64,000 nt of DNA from Macrostomum hystrix (taxonomy: Eukaryota > Animalia > Platyhelminthes): positions 4,340,001 to 4,404,000 of the forward strand of contig CATNEN010000003.1 in NCBI GenBank assembly GCA_950097015.1, in the 5' to 3' direction. A model generated the notes under the pieces. That model had not been told where the DNA came from. It did no database searches and worked only from the letters and a program-made list of their open reading frames with translations. Positions 1 through 13,800 of this stretch are shown here, piece after piece. The position numbers and the translations under genes were made by a program. Positions within the stretch are counted from its first letter, which is position 1, and every line of letters starts with the position of its first letter.

Positions 1-148
1 GAGTTGGTCATACACTCACTTAATGACACTTAATGAGTTGGTAATTTACACACTATGACCCTTTGAATATGAGTTTGTCATTCACTCACTATGATACTTT
101 TTGAGTTGGTCATTCACTCACTATGACACTTAATGAGTTTGGTCATTC
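1..148. repeat. Degenerate ~32-bp tandem repeat (GAGTTGGTCATTCACTCACTATGACACTTAAT), cut by window start
   Basis: 4-5 imperfect copies visible directly. Confidence 0.7.
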
Positions 149-593
149 CGTTTTAAATGTGGTATCGTGCGATAAAGAGCAGTATATCAATTACGTAGGT
201 GCGGTTAAAAGACTTCGCGCTTTAACTTTGCTTCCTTCGTAAAGAAAAGTTAGAAAAATATAAATGTCAATGTATTAATAAATGTACAGGAATAGATTCT
301 GTGAACGATTTAATTTTACTTTAAAAAATCTTCGCAAAATACAATCCAATCCAAAATCAACATATTTTATTCTTTTAATTTTTTTATACAACAAGTTTAA
401 AGACTTGTCTAGTTTCTTATAACATTCCTTCTGGCTCGCAAAGACGCAAGTGGTAGCGATTTCTTGATTTGGTGTGAGATTTAAAATTACATCTTTAATA
501 CAGCTACAACTTTGGACTAGCTAGAGGGGTTTTTTGCTCTGTCTCTAGTCTTCAACTTGGAGTCTTGCTGTTTAAAACATCTATCAACTAACC

Positions 594-3568
594 ATGCCTG
601 CAAGTTTTAGTGTTGTGCCAATGCATTTAATTCATGTGCTGGAGGTTATCCTAGGAACAATTTTTTTCTCACTGTTATTCTTTCTGAGTGTTGCTTTTCT
701 AAAGCGATATAAGAAGAAGCCTATATGGCATGGTCGCCTTCTAACTGACAATGACTGCTATGATATATCCATAAAGTAAGTATTAACGTGCAATCGCTTT
801 TTTATTGTAGTAACAACTTTACGTTTGTTAACCTGGTAATTTACACTGCCATTTGCATTTTGTTATTAGATATATTGTAAAGTTAAAAATATCGTATTTA
901 ATCAAAACAAATAATATATTATTTTTTTCCTACTATAAAGTGCACTGTATAGACTATACTAGGGCCTATGTAAATTATTAATAAGTTTTTCTATGGCTGG
1001 CTATTGACACTTCAGTCAATATTCTTAGTATTCAGTTTTTGTCTTCATGATTCTATTACTTTATCTAATTCCATTAGCTAAAAGCTTGTTTTTATTTTAA
1101 AGTTTCTTATTAATTTAGTTGTAAAGATTGATAACCACTTATATTGATCAAGATTTTTTGCGGTTGTATCACTATATTAACAACTTTATATTAGGGCCTA
1201 GACATACACATATTGTAAGCGTTATCTAATGTAGAAAATCATGAATTAAAAATATTTTTTTATAACTAACAAGTATTATCCATTGTCAATACAATGCCTA
1301 TATTTATACAATAATTTTCCTTGTCACTGTTTATTTTTTGCTGCTTGCTCTACAATATTATAAAAACAATACTAACAAATAATTATTACCATTGGCAATA
1401 TATTTCACAGCTTATTAATAAAGCCTATAATGTTAAAATTTAGCATGAAAAAGTCAAATTTAAAACAGATAATCTATATGTTTAGTTTTTACTAAATGAT
1501 ATAATTTTAATATTATTATTTACTCTTTAATATGCTTTTTTGAACAATTACCTTTATTGCGACAAATGTAATTTAATGTACTAAAATATCATATTTGCTT
1601 GTTACATTTGCTTTACAACAACTCAGTTCACTTAGAAAAGTGACAAATGTGTTGCATGGTCATTAATTTGTTATTGGCATGTAACTTTTTCCAAATTATA
1701 TATACTTCTCTTTTATGAATATGAAACTGAACTGTCTAATATACGTAGCATTTGTTGGAGTCTTTATTGGATCTCATGGTACAAAGTGTGTGCAGCAACA
1801 AACATTTTGCAAATATGGTGAGTTGCTTGCTTGTTCAGTACTTAATAAAAAGTATTTACTCCTCTTAGAACTGTGTTGTGTCTATCTATTTTTAATCCTT
1901 TCTTACAAAAAAGCTTTTGTGTAGTGAAGCTTTATTACTACAAGTTTAGCTAGTTATTATATTGGTTAGCAAACATGAGCATTTGTGACTTTATAGTTTT
2001 TTTTAATAAGTTAGGAGCTCATTAGCAAAATATTGTGTAAGTTATACATGTTTCCAAGTAATTTGTATAAGTTGTGAGTGTAAACTATTGTTTCATCTAA
2101 TAGCTGGATGCTATCTGCTTCATTGATGAATTTTGACCATATAAAAGCAAAAAAATTGGAAGTAAAAAATTACATATATTATAATCGCATACATTTTGAA
2201 ACATTTCAATAAAATGCTTTTTAGCTTCAACTTCTTTCCACCTTCTTTTTTATTATCACTAAAGAAAACCAGTTGCACATTAACACATGCTATACCCATG
2301 TATTCAACTTTTTATATGTATACACTTTATTAGACTGCCCATGTTGAGTACCTTTTTAGCACACTCATTTTCTTAGCCGGACAACATGCAAATGTGAGAT
2401 GCTGAACTTATTAACTGAAATATATATTTATAATATATCCAATAGTTTATTTTCTTGCACCACATATGTACATTAGATAATTGGTGTATTATACAAATAA
2501 GCTTATGAAAAGTCTACTTTATCATAACCCTTTTCATTATCCCCATCATTGCAGACTCATTACTCTGCTGTTCTCAATTATGAACTGTGGGATTGGCTTT
2601 GTAGCTATTAATCATTTGCAGAACATGGACATCATGGAAGACAAGTGAGTTCCCGATTCTAAAACACTCCTTGAAGGCTATTTTCTGTCATTTCCTTCCA
2701 TTCCACAGAAAATACCATATAAATTTCCATTTCCAGGTATTGGCTAGTACCAGCTTGGGTGTACTTTAGTGTGGGCTACTATATCTACGATATTGTTATG
2801 AAGCCCTATTGTTTCGGACTTGACGCCAATATAAAAGGTGGTTTGGCTATCACTATAGCATTTAGTCGTAATCAGCCTTTAATGATGCTACACCATGTGC
2901 TTATATTGGTACTTTACTATCCTACTATGATGGTAAGTAGTATAGTACTAACTTTACGAAATTTGTTTAATAAGTATTTCTAAAATATCTTTTTCTTAAA
3001 CAAAACTCGCAGTGGTTTCGCAACGGCAAAGGCGATTTCATAGTGGCTTGCTTCTTCCTAATGGACTTTGCTGTTCCATTTATTCAAGTTCGCCATGTTA
3101 TGTACAGGGTGAGGATTTTTCGTAAACAGATTTAGAGTAACTTTAGAAAAAATTATTTTCTCTAGCGTAGTTATGCTTTCTAAAACTTAGTTTGCGACTC
3201 CTAAACGATTTATTATAGACTTAACTATACGCTTTTAGTTATCTTTTTCTATACATATCGGCAATAAAAATCCACGCATTTCGCTTGTTCAAAAACTCTT
3301 CCAGCTTGGCATGTCAGGCCTGCCTTTGTACCTGTGGAACGGCATTGTCCTTGTAGTGACATTCTTCATGTCGAGAATATTTATTTTGTACTACATATAC
3401 AGAAAGTATGCCGATTATAGAGGAGTACCATTCTTCCAGGGCATGAACTTGTTGCCAACGTCCTGTAATCTAGGCATGCTGTCGCTGCTAATCATGCAAG
3501 GCTATTGGTTCGGCATGATGGCTAAAAAGCTTGCTAAATACTTGCTTTCTCGAGGAAAGACTGAGTAA
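594..3568 (+). CDS. TLC-domain membrane protein (FAM57/TLCD3-like), paralog 1, 5 exons
   Basis: Exons 594-775, 2555-2644, 2737-2932, 3013-3108, 3305-3568, all GT-AG and phase-consistent. Motifs KYWLVPAWVYFSVGYYIYD, LMMLHH, GKGDFIVACFFLMDFAVPF, NGIVLVVTFFMSRI and QGYWF match FAM57-type TLC proteins. Confidence 0.88.
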
Positions 3569-3701
3569 ATTTTTTCCCAGTGTTTTTTGCCGCATTGTGA
3601 GCCTCGGTCCTGAAGCAAAATGGAAAATATTGCATAGCCTTTGCGTTATAGTGACAGATTAGTTTTCAATTTTCTGGTAGTGGCGTGGGGTTGTTGGTAT
3701 A

Positions 3702-4988
3702 TCGAGATTGGCTAGCGGAGTGGGGTTGTTCAATCAAGATTGGCTAGCGGAGTGGGGTTGTTCAATCGAGATTGGCTGGCGGTGTGGGGTTGTTCAATCG
3801 AGATTGGCTAGCGGTGTGGGGTTGTTCAATCAAGATTGGCTAGCGGAGTGGGGTTGTTCAATCGAGATTGGCTAGCGGTGTGGGGTTGTTCAATCGAGAT
3901 TGGCTAGCGGAGTGGGGTTGTTCAATCGAGATTGGCTAGCGGTGTGGGGTTGTTCAATCGAGATTGGCTAGCGGTGTGGGGTTGTTCAATCGAGATTGGC
4001 TAGCGGAGTGGGGTTGTTCAATCGAGATTGGCTAGCGGTGTGGGGTTGTTCAATCGAGATTGGCTAGCGGAGTGGGGTTGTTCAATCGAGATTGGCTAGC
4101 GGTGTGGGGTTGTTCAATCGAGATTGGCTAGCGGAGTGGGGTTGTTCAATCAAGATTGGCTAGCGGAGTGGGGTTGTTCAATCGAGATTGGCTAGCGGAG
4201 TGGGGTTGTTCAATCAAGATTGGCTAGCGGAGTGGGGTTGTTCAATCAAGATTGGCTAGCGGAGTGGGGTTGTTCAATCGAGATTGGCTAGCGGTGTGGG
4301 GTTGTTCAATCGAGATTGGCTAGCGGAGTGGGGTCGTTCAATCGAGATTGGCTAGCGGAGTGGGGTTGTTCAATCGAGATTGGCTAGCGGTGTGGGGTTG
4401 TTCAATCGAGATTGGCTAGCGGAGTGGGGTTGTTCAATCGAGATTGGCTAGCGGAGTGGGGTTGTTCAATCGAGATTGGCTAGCGGAGTGGGGTTGTTCA
4501 ATCGAGATTGGCTAGCGGTGTGGGGTTGTTCAATCGAGATTGGCTAGCGGAGTGGGGTTGTTCAATCAAGATTGGCTAGCGGTGTGGGGTTGTTCAATCG
4601 AGATTGGCTAGCGGAGTGGGGTTGTTCAATCGAGATTGGCTAGCGGTGTGGGGTTGTTCAATCGAGATTGGCTAGCGGAGTGGGGTTGTTCAATCGAGAT
4701 TGGCTAGCGGAGTGGGGTTGTTCAATCGAGATTGGCTAGCGGAGTGGGGTTGTTCAATCGAGATTGGCTAGCGGAGTGGGGTTGTTCAATCGAGATTGGC
4801 TAGCGGTGTGGGGTTGTTCAATCGAGATTGGCTAGCGGAGTGGGGTTGTTCAATCAAGATTGGCTAGCGGAGTGGGGTTGTTCAATCGAGATTGGCTAGC
4901 GGAGTGGGGTTGTTCAATCGAGATTGGCTAGCGGTGTGGGGTTGTTCAATCGAGATTGGCTAGCGGAGTGGGGTCGTTCAATCGAGAT
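3702..4988. repeat. 32-bp minisatellite (GAGATTGGCTAGCGGWGTGGGGTTGTTCAATC), ~40 copies
   Basis: Near-perfect head-to-tail array starting ~130 bp after the TLC1 stop; no spacers. Confidence 0.97.
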
Positions 4989-5691
4989 CAAGCGGGAGGT
5001 TGTCAGAAGATAATTAGTGTTGGGGACCAGAATACTTTAAGTTTCAGGACCCTGGCTCGCAGAAGGTGACTAGAAGTTGTTCAAATCATTCTGCCCTTCT
5101 ATTTCTAATTAGATAAAATGCAGCTTTTGAGCTTATTAAGACCTTGAAGGTCAAATTAGGCGACAAGTTAACATTCTCGGTTTTTTAGTTTACAAAATAG
5201 AGCGATTTTTTTACCTGCTTACTGCTTTTGTTGTTTTAATTATTCTTTTGGAATAAATTCTGATGCGATTGACAATAAATCGATAATCATTTTTCGCTTT
5301 TTAAGTACTGTTTTATTTCGTGTGGTAGTGTGCTGTTTTAACAATTCTTTAAATTTAATGTTATGTGTATTTTTTAATTATCATTCGATAAAGTTTAATC
5401 AGTTTTGATTTACTTTTTAATCTCCTTAACTTCTAAAGTGTTCTTTTGGCACTTCAGTCTCGCGCTTGTCACATTATTTTAGATTATCAGCATTCGAGTT
5501 TGTTAAGCAGTTTTTTTGCTGATTCAAAAAAAACTATTTTAGTTTCTGAGAAATTTATACAGAAACTATACTATACTCATTTTAAGTAAGTAGTAAAAAC
5601 GCTTTTGTACACCTTTTTTAATTAGCAAAGAACGCGACATGTCAAATTACGCGTGTTTGTTAAATTATATTCTGTGTTACTTGATTTTACG

Positions 5692-5729
5692 CATAGATAC
5701 TAGAACCACTAGTCTTTCTAGTATCTATG
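5692..5729. mobile_element. 38-bp minimal TIR element (CATAGATACTAGAA...TTCTAGTATCTATG) with 8-bp TSD
   Basis: Perfect 14-bp inverted termini; flanks ATTTTACG (5684-5691) and ATTTTACA (5730-5737). CA...TG ends with an 8-bp TSD fit P-like or hAT elements. Confidence 0.6.
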
Positions 5730-6197
5730 ATTTTACACAGAAACTAAATACTCGTAAATGTTTTAAACGAATATTTTTTTCAACAGACTACTGCTATTTA
5801 AAGCGCTCATAACAATAATCATTACAAGCATTGCTATCCGATTTAGTGACTCGCGTAGTCGCTTTTAATTATAATAAAGACAGAATAATTAATAAATTTA
5901 TTATGATTTTTAATATTTCATTTAACTCACAGAAAAAAGTGTGGTTTGGAAACCAATTTGTGAATGGTATATTCCAGCGCAACTACTAATAGTAAGTCCC
6001 TGTTCTATTCACAACAATATTATAATATTGTATTGTGTATGCGAAATTCGATTTTAATATGCTTTAGAAAATAAGCAGTACTGCATAACATGGCAATTTC
6101 ACAAATTCTTGCGGGTTGCTTACTTGCTTGCCTGCTCCAACTTTTCTCTTACCAATAGCGTAGTTTATATCAGACGTAAATTACTCCTTTAGTCAGG

Positions 6198-6270
6198 GCC
6201 CGGATAGCTCAGTCGGTAGAGCATCAGACTTTTAATCTGAGGGTCCGGGGTTCGAGTCCCCGTTCGGGCG
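6198..6270 (+). tRNA. tRNA-Lys(TTT)
   Basis: GCCCGGATAGCTCAGTCGGTAGAGCATCAGACTTTTAATCTGAGGGTCCGGGGTTCGAGTCCCCGTTCGGGCG; canonical A and B boxes; followed by an oligo-T Pol III terminator. Confidence 0.97.
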
Positions 6271-6808
6271 CATATTTTTTTCCACTCATTCTTTTGTTTT
6301 TCGGCTTCTCTTAACTTTCCATTCTGCTTTTTTCGCAACGCTATTATTGAAATCAACTTCTTAACCTTTTGAGCAAAGCAGTCGGGCTATTTGTATGATA
6401 TGTATGTTGCTTATACTTCCGGAATTTCCGTCGAACTCGATGTTTGTTGACTTTTCTCCCTTTTTGACTTGTGAGTTTTGTTATCATGCCGCGCCATTAG
6501 AATCCGCTACATGCAGCTTTACTATCATACTAACTATTTGTATTTTGCCAGCGTTGTGATTTAGTTATAAAATAAAATAAAACTATTTTAAGCGCTTTTT
6601 GCAGTAAAAATTAGATATACTTTAACCATCAGCATGATTTGTGTTTATTATTTTCTATATTTGTTGCCTTTTCTATAAATGTATTTTTCCGAAAGTTTGT
6701 TCACTTGCTTGCTTTTTATTAAGCTTAAGCATAAATTGCTTTTCTTTTACTTAAATTGTTTTGAGTTGCCTATATGTATTGAAAAATATCAATTTTTGTA
6801 TTTTTTAG

Positions 6809-8388
6809 CGTCGTCTCAACCATTCAGGCATGCATCGCCGTTTTAGTTGGCCTGATTATAATGGTAAGCTGTCGTCACGAAATGATTTACGACAGGTAAG
6901 AATCAATTATTTATATCTTGCTAATAAAAAAACTCGCTTTTCGAAAAAAAACTTTCTACTATCAGTAGTGCAAAACGAAACATTTCGACAACTTTTTAGC
7001 CACTGGTTAACGAACACTTACGCCAGATTTGGAGTGCCCTATTTTTACTACGATCTAGTCGTAATGTCTATGGCGCTCTATCTTCGCACTCAGCCTCTGA
7101 AAGATAGGCGCATGTCCTCGAATTGGGGCCAATTAATACCGGCTCTTAAGCTCTTCTGGGCTGAACGTCGGCTGATGTTTCTGCATCATTTTGCGCTGCC
7201 ACTAATGTTTTATCCGTCTCTATTGGTGAGATCGGTTTATTTTAATATTCGAATTAGATTGCTAGCATGTGTCTATGAGGAATTGTTTTGTTATTATTAA
7301 CTACGTAATTCTCTCCAGTACTATCGCAACGGTCTTGGCGACTTTGTTGTCGGCGCTTTCTACGTATTTGAGCTTCCAGTGCCCTACATTCAGATAAGGC
7401 ACATTTTGGCCAAGGTGAGGTTGCTTTAGATATTAATGGAAGTATTATTAATCTTTGTAGGATATTGATACTGTTCATTTTGTACAAATCACCCACAGTT
7501 CATATAATAGACCAGAACAAAATGCTCATTAACGGCAAAAACACTGACCCACGAATTTCAAAATAAGGAGCCACACATGCCAAGAACAAAGACCCTCAAA
7601 TGCCAAAAACAAAGACCTACGCATATCAAATACAAGGAGCTACGCATGCCAAAAACAAAGATCCACACATCCCAGGAACAAAGAATCATAAACGGCAAGA
7701 ACTAATACCCTCAAATGCCAAAAACAAAGACCCACGCATGTCAAAAACAAGGAGCCACGCATGCCAGAAACAAGGACTCATAAACGGAAAAACAAAGACC
7801 CACGCATGTCAAAAACAGTGAGCCACACATGCCAACGCTTAACACAAAACCCACACATGCCAGAAACAAGGATACGGCAGAAACAAAGACCCACGCATGA
7901 AAGAACTAAAAAAACACGTTTTAGGTAGAGAAAAACGACCAGAAAAATGTGCCTGTTACAGTTAAAACCACAATAAAGCAAATAAAGAAATCCCTTATTG
8001 GAGATCTCGGCACTGGCAAAGGTTTTTTTAACCGAACAAAACAATTGAAAACTTTCAGCTGGACAAGAAGGCGTCTCCAGTTTACGTTAGCAACGGCCTA
8101 GTGATGCTAGTCGCCATGCTCGGTGGTCGCATTCTTATCTTCCCCTATCTGTACTATTGCTACGCGCAGTACAGAGGTGTTCCATTCTCTCAGGTGCTGA
8201 GTAAAATACCGATAAAGTGCACAGTGAGCTGCCTGATATTGGGCTCTCTGCAAGTCTACTGGTTCTGCGTCATGCTCAGGGGCACCGTGTCCTATTTTCG
8301 AAAGGTCTTTCGACAGTTTCTCAGCAAAGCCTCTATCGACTCGAGTTCGGCTGCTGCGAATAATAATCTATCGACTCGACAGTCTTAG
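6809..8388 (+). CDS. TLC-domain membrane protein (FAM57/TLCD3-like), paralog 2; first exon not located
   Basis: Exons 6809-6895 (VVSTIQACIAVLVGLIIMVSC), 7000-7225 (HWLTNTYARFGVPYFYYD...LMFLHH), 7319-7414 (GLGDFVVGAFYVFELPVPY), 8059-8388 (NGLVMLVAMLGGRI...LQVYWF). Same intron positions and phases as paralog 1. Confidence 0.85.
7540..7900. repeat. Degenerate ~23-bp tandem repeat (CAAAAACAAAGACCCACGCATGC) in last intron of TLC2
   Basis: Recurring AACAAAGACCC/CACGCATG units. Confidence 0.75.
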
Positions 8389-8467
8389 AAAAGGCGAAGA
8401 TTTCTTAAAATAGTCTTAGAAAGGCTTTGGGCGAGGATTGTTCCGGCGAGCTTAGGCCAAGGATAGT

Positions 8468-9063
8468 AGATTAGAGCAGGGATTATAGATTAGGGCGAGG
8501 ATTATAGATTAGGGCGTAGATTGAAGATTAGGGCCAGTATTTTAGATTAGGGCGAGGATTGTAGATTAGGGCGAGGATTATAGATTTGGGTGTAGATTGA
8601 AGATTAGGGCGAGTATTATAGATTAGGGCGAGGATTGCAGATTAGGGCGAGGATTATAGATTAGGGCGAGGATTGTAGATTAGGGCGAGGATTGTAGATT
8701 AGGGCGAGGATTGCAGATTTGGGCGAGGATTGTAGATTAGGGCGAGGATTGTAGATTTGGGCGAGGATTGTAGATTAGGGCGAGGATTGTAGATTAGGGC
8801 GAGGATTGTAGATTTGGGCGAGGATTATAGATTAGGGCGAGGATTGCAGATTAGGGCGAGGATTATAGATTTGGGCGAGGATTGTAGATTAGGGCGAGGA
8901 TTGTAGATTAGGGCGAGGATTGTAGATTAGGGCGAGGATTGTAGATTAGGGCGAGGATTGCAGATTAGGGCGAGGATTATAGATTTGGGCGAGGATTGTA
9001 GATTAGGGCGAGGATTGTAGATTAGGGCGAGGATTGTAGATTAGGGCGAGGATTGTAGATTAG
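8468..9063. repeat. 19-bp minisatellite (AGATTAGGGCGAGGATTGT), ~31 copies
   Basis: Tandem array ~80 bp after the TLC2 stop; most units contain TTAGGG. Confidence 0.95.
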
Positions 9064-9867
9064 GATGAATATTGTTGAGCAAAAACTTTACTCGTTCTTG
9101 TGGCGCCTGTTCTAATTAAGGCGATGGTTGTAGTATCAAGTCAAAATATTGTACACCTTGTCGTAACACCGATAGGTTTAACCTAATTAAGGCGACTGCT
9201 AACTGCTAGTTGGAAAGTGTTTTTAGAATGCTTTCTATTTTTAATAGAGATATTTATAATGATTTTGCTTTTGCTACAGTCAGTTAAACAGCTTTGCTCT
9301 TTATTTAAATATAAAAAGTGCCGCACAACTCATTGCACTACTTTTTGTACCATTTGAACAGTAGTAAACGAGGGATTTTTTCATTTAAAAGTTCTCTAAA
9401 ATGGTTTACTTGTTTTCTTGTATTTAGCAGTTTTGATTTATTGTTAGGCAGTCTATTTCTAAAAGCTTTCTAATTTCATTTGATTTTTTAATTTCAATTG
9501 CTTCTTAAGAGAACAAAAAACGACTTAAAATTGTATATTAGCGTACATTGTGCTGCAATAAAATTTCCTAAAGGCCAATTTTTGTTAAATTTGTGTAAAC
9601 ATCGCTAACATCTGGAATTAACCTGCGTGCAAAAAGGTAGGATTTTTTATTGCTTAGCTTCTAATACATTGTAATTAGTTTTCCATTATATTAATTCTGA
9701 TAGGTATGCGAATTTTGCCGCTGATCAGTCGATTGTACATGATCTTTTTATGGTTTTTGTTTTTTCTACTGTTTTTTAATACAAACAGTAAGTTTAAATT
9801 TTGTTTGCTAACATTTTTCTTATACTATTCCATTGAATTTTCTACACTTTTGATAAGCTAAAACTCT

Positions 9868-10413
9868 AGGTCAGGATTCAGTTCAGTTTAGGTCAGGATT
9901 CAGTTCAGTTTAGGTGAGCTCAGTTCAGTTTAGGTCAGGATTCAGTTCAGCTTAGGTCAGGATTCAGTTCAGTTTAGGTCAGTATTCAGTTCAGTTTAGG
10001 TCAGGATTCAGTTCAGTTTAGGTCAGTATTCAGTTCAGTTTAGGTCAGGATTCAGTTCAGTTTAGGTCAGTATTCAGTTCAGTTTAGGTCAGGATTCAGT
10101 TCAGTTTAGGTCAGTATTCAGTTCAGTTTAGGTCAGTATTCAGTTCAGTTTAGGTCAGGATTCAGTTCAGTTTAGGTCAGTATTCAGTTCAGTTTAGGTC
10201 AGGATTCAGTCCAGTTTAGGTCAGTATTCAGTTCAGCTTAGGTCAGTATTCAGTTCAGTTTAGGTCAGGACTCAGTTCAGTTAGTTTAGGTCAGATTCAG
10301 TTCAGTTTAGGTCAGGATTCAGTTCAGTTTAGGTCAGATTCAGTTCAGTTTAGGTCAGGATTCAGTTCAGTTTAGGTCAGGATTCAGTTCAGCTTAGGTC
10401 AGCTCAGTTCAGT
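9868..10413. repeat. 22-bp minisatellite (TAGGTCAGKATTCAGTTCAGTT), ~25 copies
   Basis: Direct inspection. Confidence 0.95.
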
Positions 10414-10866
10414 TGATAGTTGTTCAATAATCCTTGAGTTTTAGCTTATAAAGTTTCCATGGTTTTATGGCGAGACGAAAAATGTATAAACGTTCAAAAA
10501 CATGTACAATGAAGCACCAAGCATTCATTCTATAATAATCCACTGTTTGTGATCTGAAAATGCCGTCCAGAAACTTTTACACCGTCCCCAGTCCCATCGA
10601 TAAAATATTCTTTTTTTTCACAATTTAGGCTCGCACAGCCTGTATAGTCTTTATTTATACCTCATTTGTAAAACAAGTGGATTACTGTGCACCGATTCTA
10701 ATATTGAAATAATCAGTTATTGAAATAAAATATTATTATTAGATCCATTTGCACCAAAAAAAATTATTTATCAGTAACTGTGGCGTTCATCGATCTTGAA
10801 TGTCAGCACAATGATCTCTAACAAATGCACCCTGAAAATTAGTTTCTGTCATTGTTTTCTGGCCCG

Positions 10867-13800
10867 CTGAAAGACAGGGTTCTAAACCACTGAAAGACAG
10901 GCTTTGTAGACCACTCAAAGACAGGCTTTGTAGACCACTGAAAGACAGGCTTTGTAGACCACTGAAAGACAGGCTTTGCAAACCACTGAAAGACAGGCTT
11001 TGTAGACCACTGAAAGACAGGCTTTGTAGACCACTGAAAGACAGGCTTTGTAGACCACTGAAAGACAGGCTTTGTAGACCACTGAAAGACAGGCTTTGTA
11101 GACCACTGAAAGACAGGCTTTGTAGACCACTGAAAGACAGGCTTTGTAGACCACTGAAAGACAGGCTTTGTAGACCACTGAAAGACAGGCTTTGTAGACC
11201 ACTGAAAGACAGGCTTTGTAGACCACTCAAAGACAGGGTTGTAACCCACTGAAAGACAAGGTTCTAAACCACTGAAAGACAGGCTTTGTAGACCACTCAA
11301 AGACAGGGTTGTAATCCACTGAAAGACAGGGTTGTAATCCACTGAAAGACAGGCTTTGTAGACCACTCAAAGACAGGGTTGTAATCCACTGAAAGACAGG
11401 GTTGTAACCCACTGAAAGACAGGGTTGTAACCCACTGAAAGACAGGGTTGTAACCCACTGAAAGACAGGGTTGTAACCCACTGAAAGACAGTGCTGTAAT
11501 CCACTGAAAGACAGTGCTGTAATCCACTGAAAGACAGGGCTGTAACCCACTGAAAGACAGGGCTGTAACCCACTGAAAGACAGGGCTGTAACCCACTGAA
11601 AGACAGTGCTGTAATCCACTGAAAGACAGTGCTGTAATCCACTGAAAGACAGGGCTGTAACCCACTGAAAGACAGGGCTGTAACCCACTGAAAGACAGTG
11701 CTGTAATCCACAGAAAGACAGGGCTGTAACCCACTGAAAGACAGGGCTGTAACCCACTGAAAGACAGGGTTGTAACCCACTGAAAGACAGGGTTGTAACC
11801 CACTGAAAGATAGGGCTGTAACCCACTGAAAGACAGGGTTGTAACCCACTGAAAGACAGGGTTGTAACCCACTGAAAGACAGGGTTGTAACCCACTGAAA
11901 GATAGGGCTGTAACCCACTGAAAGACAGGGTTGTAACCCACTGAAAGACAGGGTTGTAACCCACTGAAAGACAGGGTTGTAACCCACTGAAAGATAGGGC
12001 TGTAACCCACTGAAAGACAGGGTTGTAACCCACTGAAAGACAGGGTTGTAACCCACTGAAAGACAGGGCTGTAACCCACTGAAAGACAGGGTTGTTACCG
12101 ACTGAAAGATAGGGTTGTAACCCACTGAAAGACAGGGCTGTAACCCACTGAAAGACAGGGCTGTAACCCACTGAAAGACAGGGTTGTAACCCACTGAAAG
12201 ACAGGGTTGTAACCCACTGAAAGACGGCTGTAACCCACTGAAAGACAGGGTTGTAACCCACTGAAAGACAGGGCTGTAACCCACTGAAAGACAGGGTTGT
12301 AACCCACTGAAAGATAGGGCTGTAACCCACTGAAAGACAGGGTTGTAACCCACTGAAAGACAGGGTTGTAACCCACTGAAAGACAGGGTTGTAACCCACT
12401 GAAAGACAGGGTTGTAATCCACTGAAAGACAGGGTTCTAAACCACTGAAAGACAGGCTTTGTAGACCACTGAAAGACAGGGTTGTAATCCACTGAAAGAC
12501 AGGCTTTGTAGACCACTGAAAGACAGGGTTGTAATCCACTGAAAGACAGGGTTCTAAACCACTGAAAGACAGGCTTTGTAGACCACTGAAAGACAGGGTT
12601 GTAATCCACTGAAAGACAGGGTTGTAACCCACTGAAAGACAGGGTTGTAACCCACTGAAAGACAGGGTTGTAACCCACTGAAAGATAGGGCTGTAACCCA
12701 CTGAAAGACAGGGCTGTAACCCACTGAAAGACAGTGCTGTAATCCACTGAAAGACAGTGCTGTAATCCACTGAAAGACAGGGCTGTAACCCACTGAAAGA
12801 CAGTGCTGTAATCCACTGAAAGACAGGGCTGTAACCCACTGAAAGACAGGGTTGTAACCCACTGAAAGACAGGGTTGTAACCCACTGAAAGATAGGGCTG
12901 TAACCCACTGAAAGACAGGGTTGTAACCCACTGAAAGACAGGGTTGTAACCCACTGAAAGACAGGGTTGTAACCCACTGAAAGATAGGGCTGTAACCCAC
13001 TGAAAGACAGGGTTGTAACCCACTGAAAGACAGGGTTGTAACCCACTGAAAGACAGGGTTGTTACCGACTGAAAGATAGGGCTGTAACCCACTGAAAGAC
13101 AGGGTTGTAACCCACTGAAAGACAGGGCTGTAACCCACTGAAAGACAGGGTTGTAACCCACTGAAAGACAGGGTTGTAACCCACTGAAAGACAGGGTTGT
13201 AACCCACTGAAAGATAGGGCTGTAACCCACTGAAAGACAGGGTTGTAACCCACTGAAAGACAGGGTTGTAACCCACTGAAAGACAGGGTTGTAACCCACT
13301 GAAAGACAGGGTTGTTACCGACTGAAAGATAGGGTTGTAACCCACTGAAAGACAGGGCTGTAACCCACTGAAAGACAGGGCTGTAACCCACTGAAAGACA
13401 GGGTTGTAACCCACTGAAAGACAGGGTTGTAACCCACTGAAAGACGGCTGTAACCCACTGAAAGACAGGGTTGTAACCCACTGAAAGACAGGGCTGTAAC
13501 CCACTGAAAGACAGGGTTGTAACCCACTGAAAGATAGGGCTGTAACCCACTGAAAGACAGGGTTGTAACCCACTGAAAGACAGGGTTGTAACCCACTGAA
13601 AGACAGGGTTGTAACCCACTGAAAGACAGGGTTGTAATCCACTGAAAGACAGGGTTCTAAACCACTGAAAGACAGGCTTTGTAGACCACTGAAAGACAGG
13701 GTTGTAATCCACTGAAAGACAGGCTTTGTAGACCACTGAAAGACAGGGTTGTAATCCACTGAAAGACAGGGTTCTAAACCACTGAAAGACAGGCTTTGTA

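Noticed and set aside
6090-6158. MAISQILAGCLLACLLQLFSYQ as first exon of TLC paralog 2
   Set aside because: Ends in TAG with no compatible phase-2 donor.
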